A DNA stretch of 63,763 bases, the filler included, from Octopus bimaculoides (taxonomy: Eukaryota): the NCBI RefSeq assembly GCF_001194135.2. It is 7 parts of 4 records of this genome, joined end to end, with 100 filler letters (N's around TTAATTAATTAA, not from the genome) between each part and the next. Parts side by side here need not be neighbours in the genome. Positions count along the whole stretch, not along the records: positions 60,482 to 63,763 come from NC_068983.1; 6 more parts are not named here. One strand, written 5' to 3'. Made by a program: the position numbers and the translations under genes. The notes under the pieces were generated by a model that ran no database searches, was not told the origin of the DNA, and saw nothing but the letters and a program-made list of their open reading frames with translations. The first letter of the stretch is position 1. Every line of letters begins with the position of its first letter. Positions 63,631-63,763 of this stretch are shown here, in pieces.

Positions 63631-63763
63631 TTATATATATATATATATACATATATATACATATACATACATACATATATATATATATATACACATATAC
63701 ATATATACATACATACATATACATATATACATATATATATATACATATATGTGTGTATATATA

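Overview
AT-rich, gap-riddled eukaryotic DNA with no confidently callable host protein-coding gene. It is most likely from an Octopus assembly (inference from the SINE families and extreme microsatellite load). Contents: one intact tRNA-Gly(TCC) gene; dozens of tRNA-derived SINE copies in three groups (A, B, C); decayed LINEs (RTE/BovB-like, CR1/Jockey-like, and five restriction-like-endonuclease R4/Dong-type fragments); several Tc1/mariner/pogo-type DNA transposons and MITEs; and Penelope-like remnants. Best signals: (1) minimal type-I hammerhead ribozyme motifs at 23314-23358(-), 51007-51062(+) and a variant at 58055-58090(+), plus a core-mutated inverted copy; (2) R4/Dong-type LINEs and group-B SINEs occupying the same (TAA)n microsatellites in consistently opposite polarity; (3) a sister RLE LINE flanked by (CATA)n instead; (4) an RTE/BovB ORF2 ending in three C2H2 zinc fingers; (5) a LINE and SINE group A sharing a 3' tail with a covarying stem-loop; (6) two long palindromes. 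Most long ORFs in the track are microsatellite or N-gap artefacts. Family names come from recalled motifs, not database searches. Repeat boundaries were read by eye (about +/-10-20 bp unless TSDs/TIRs are given).
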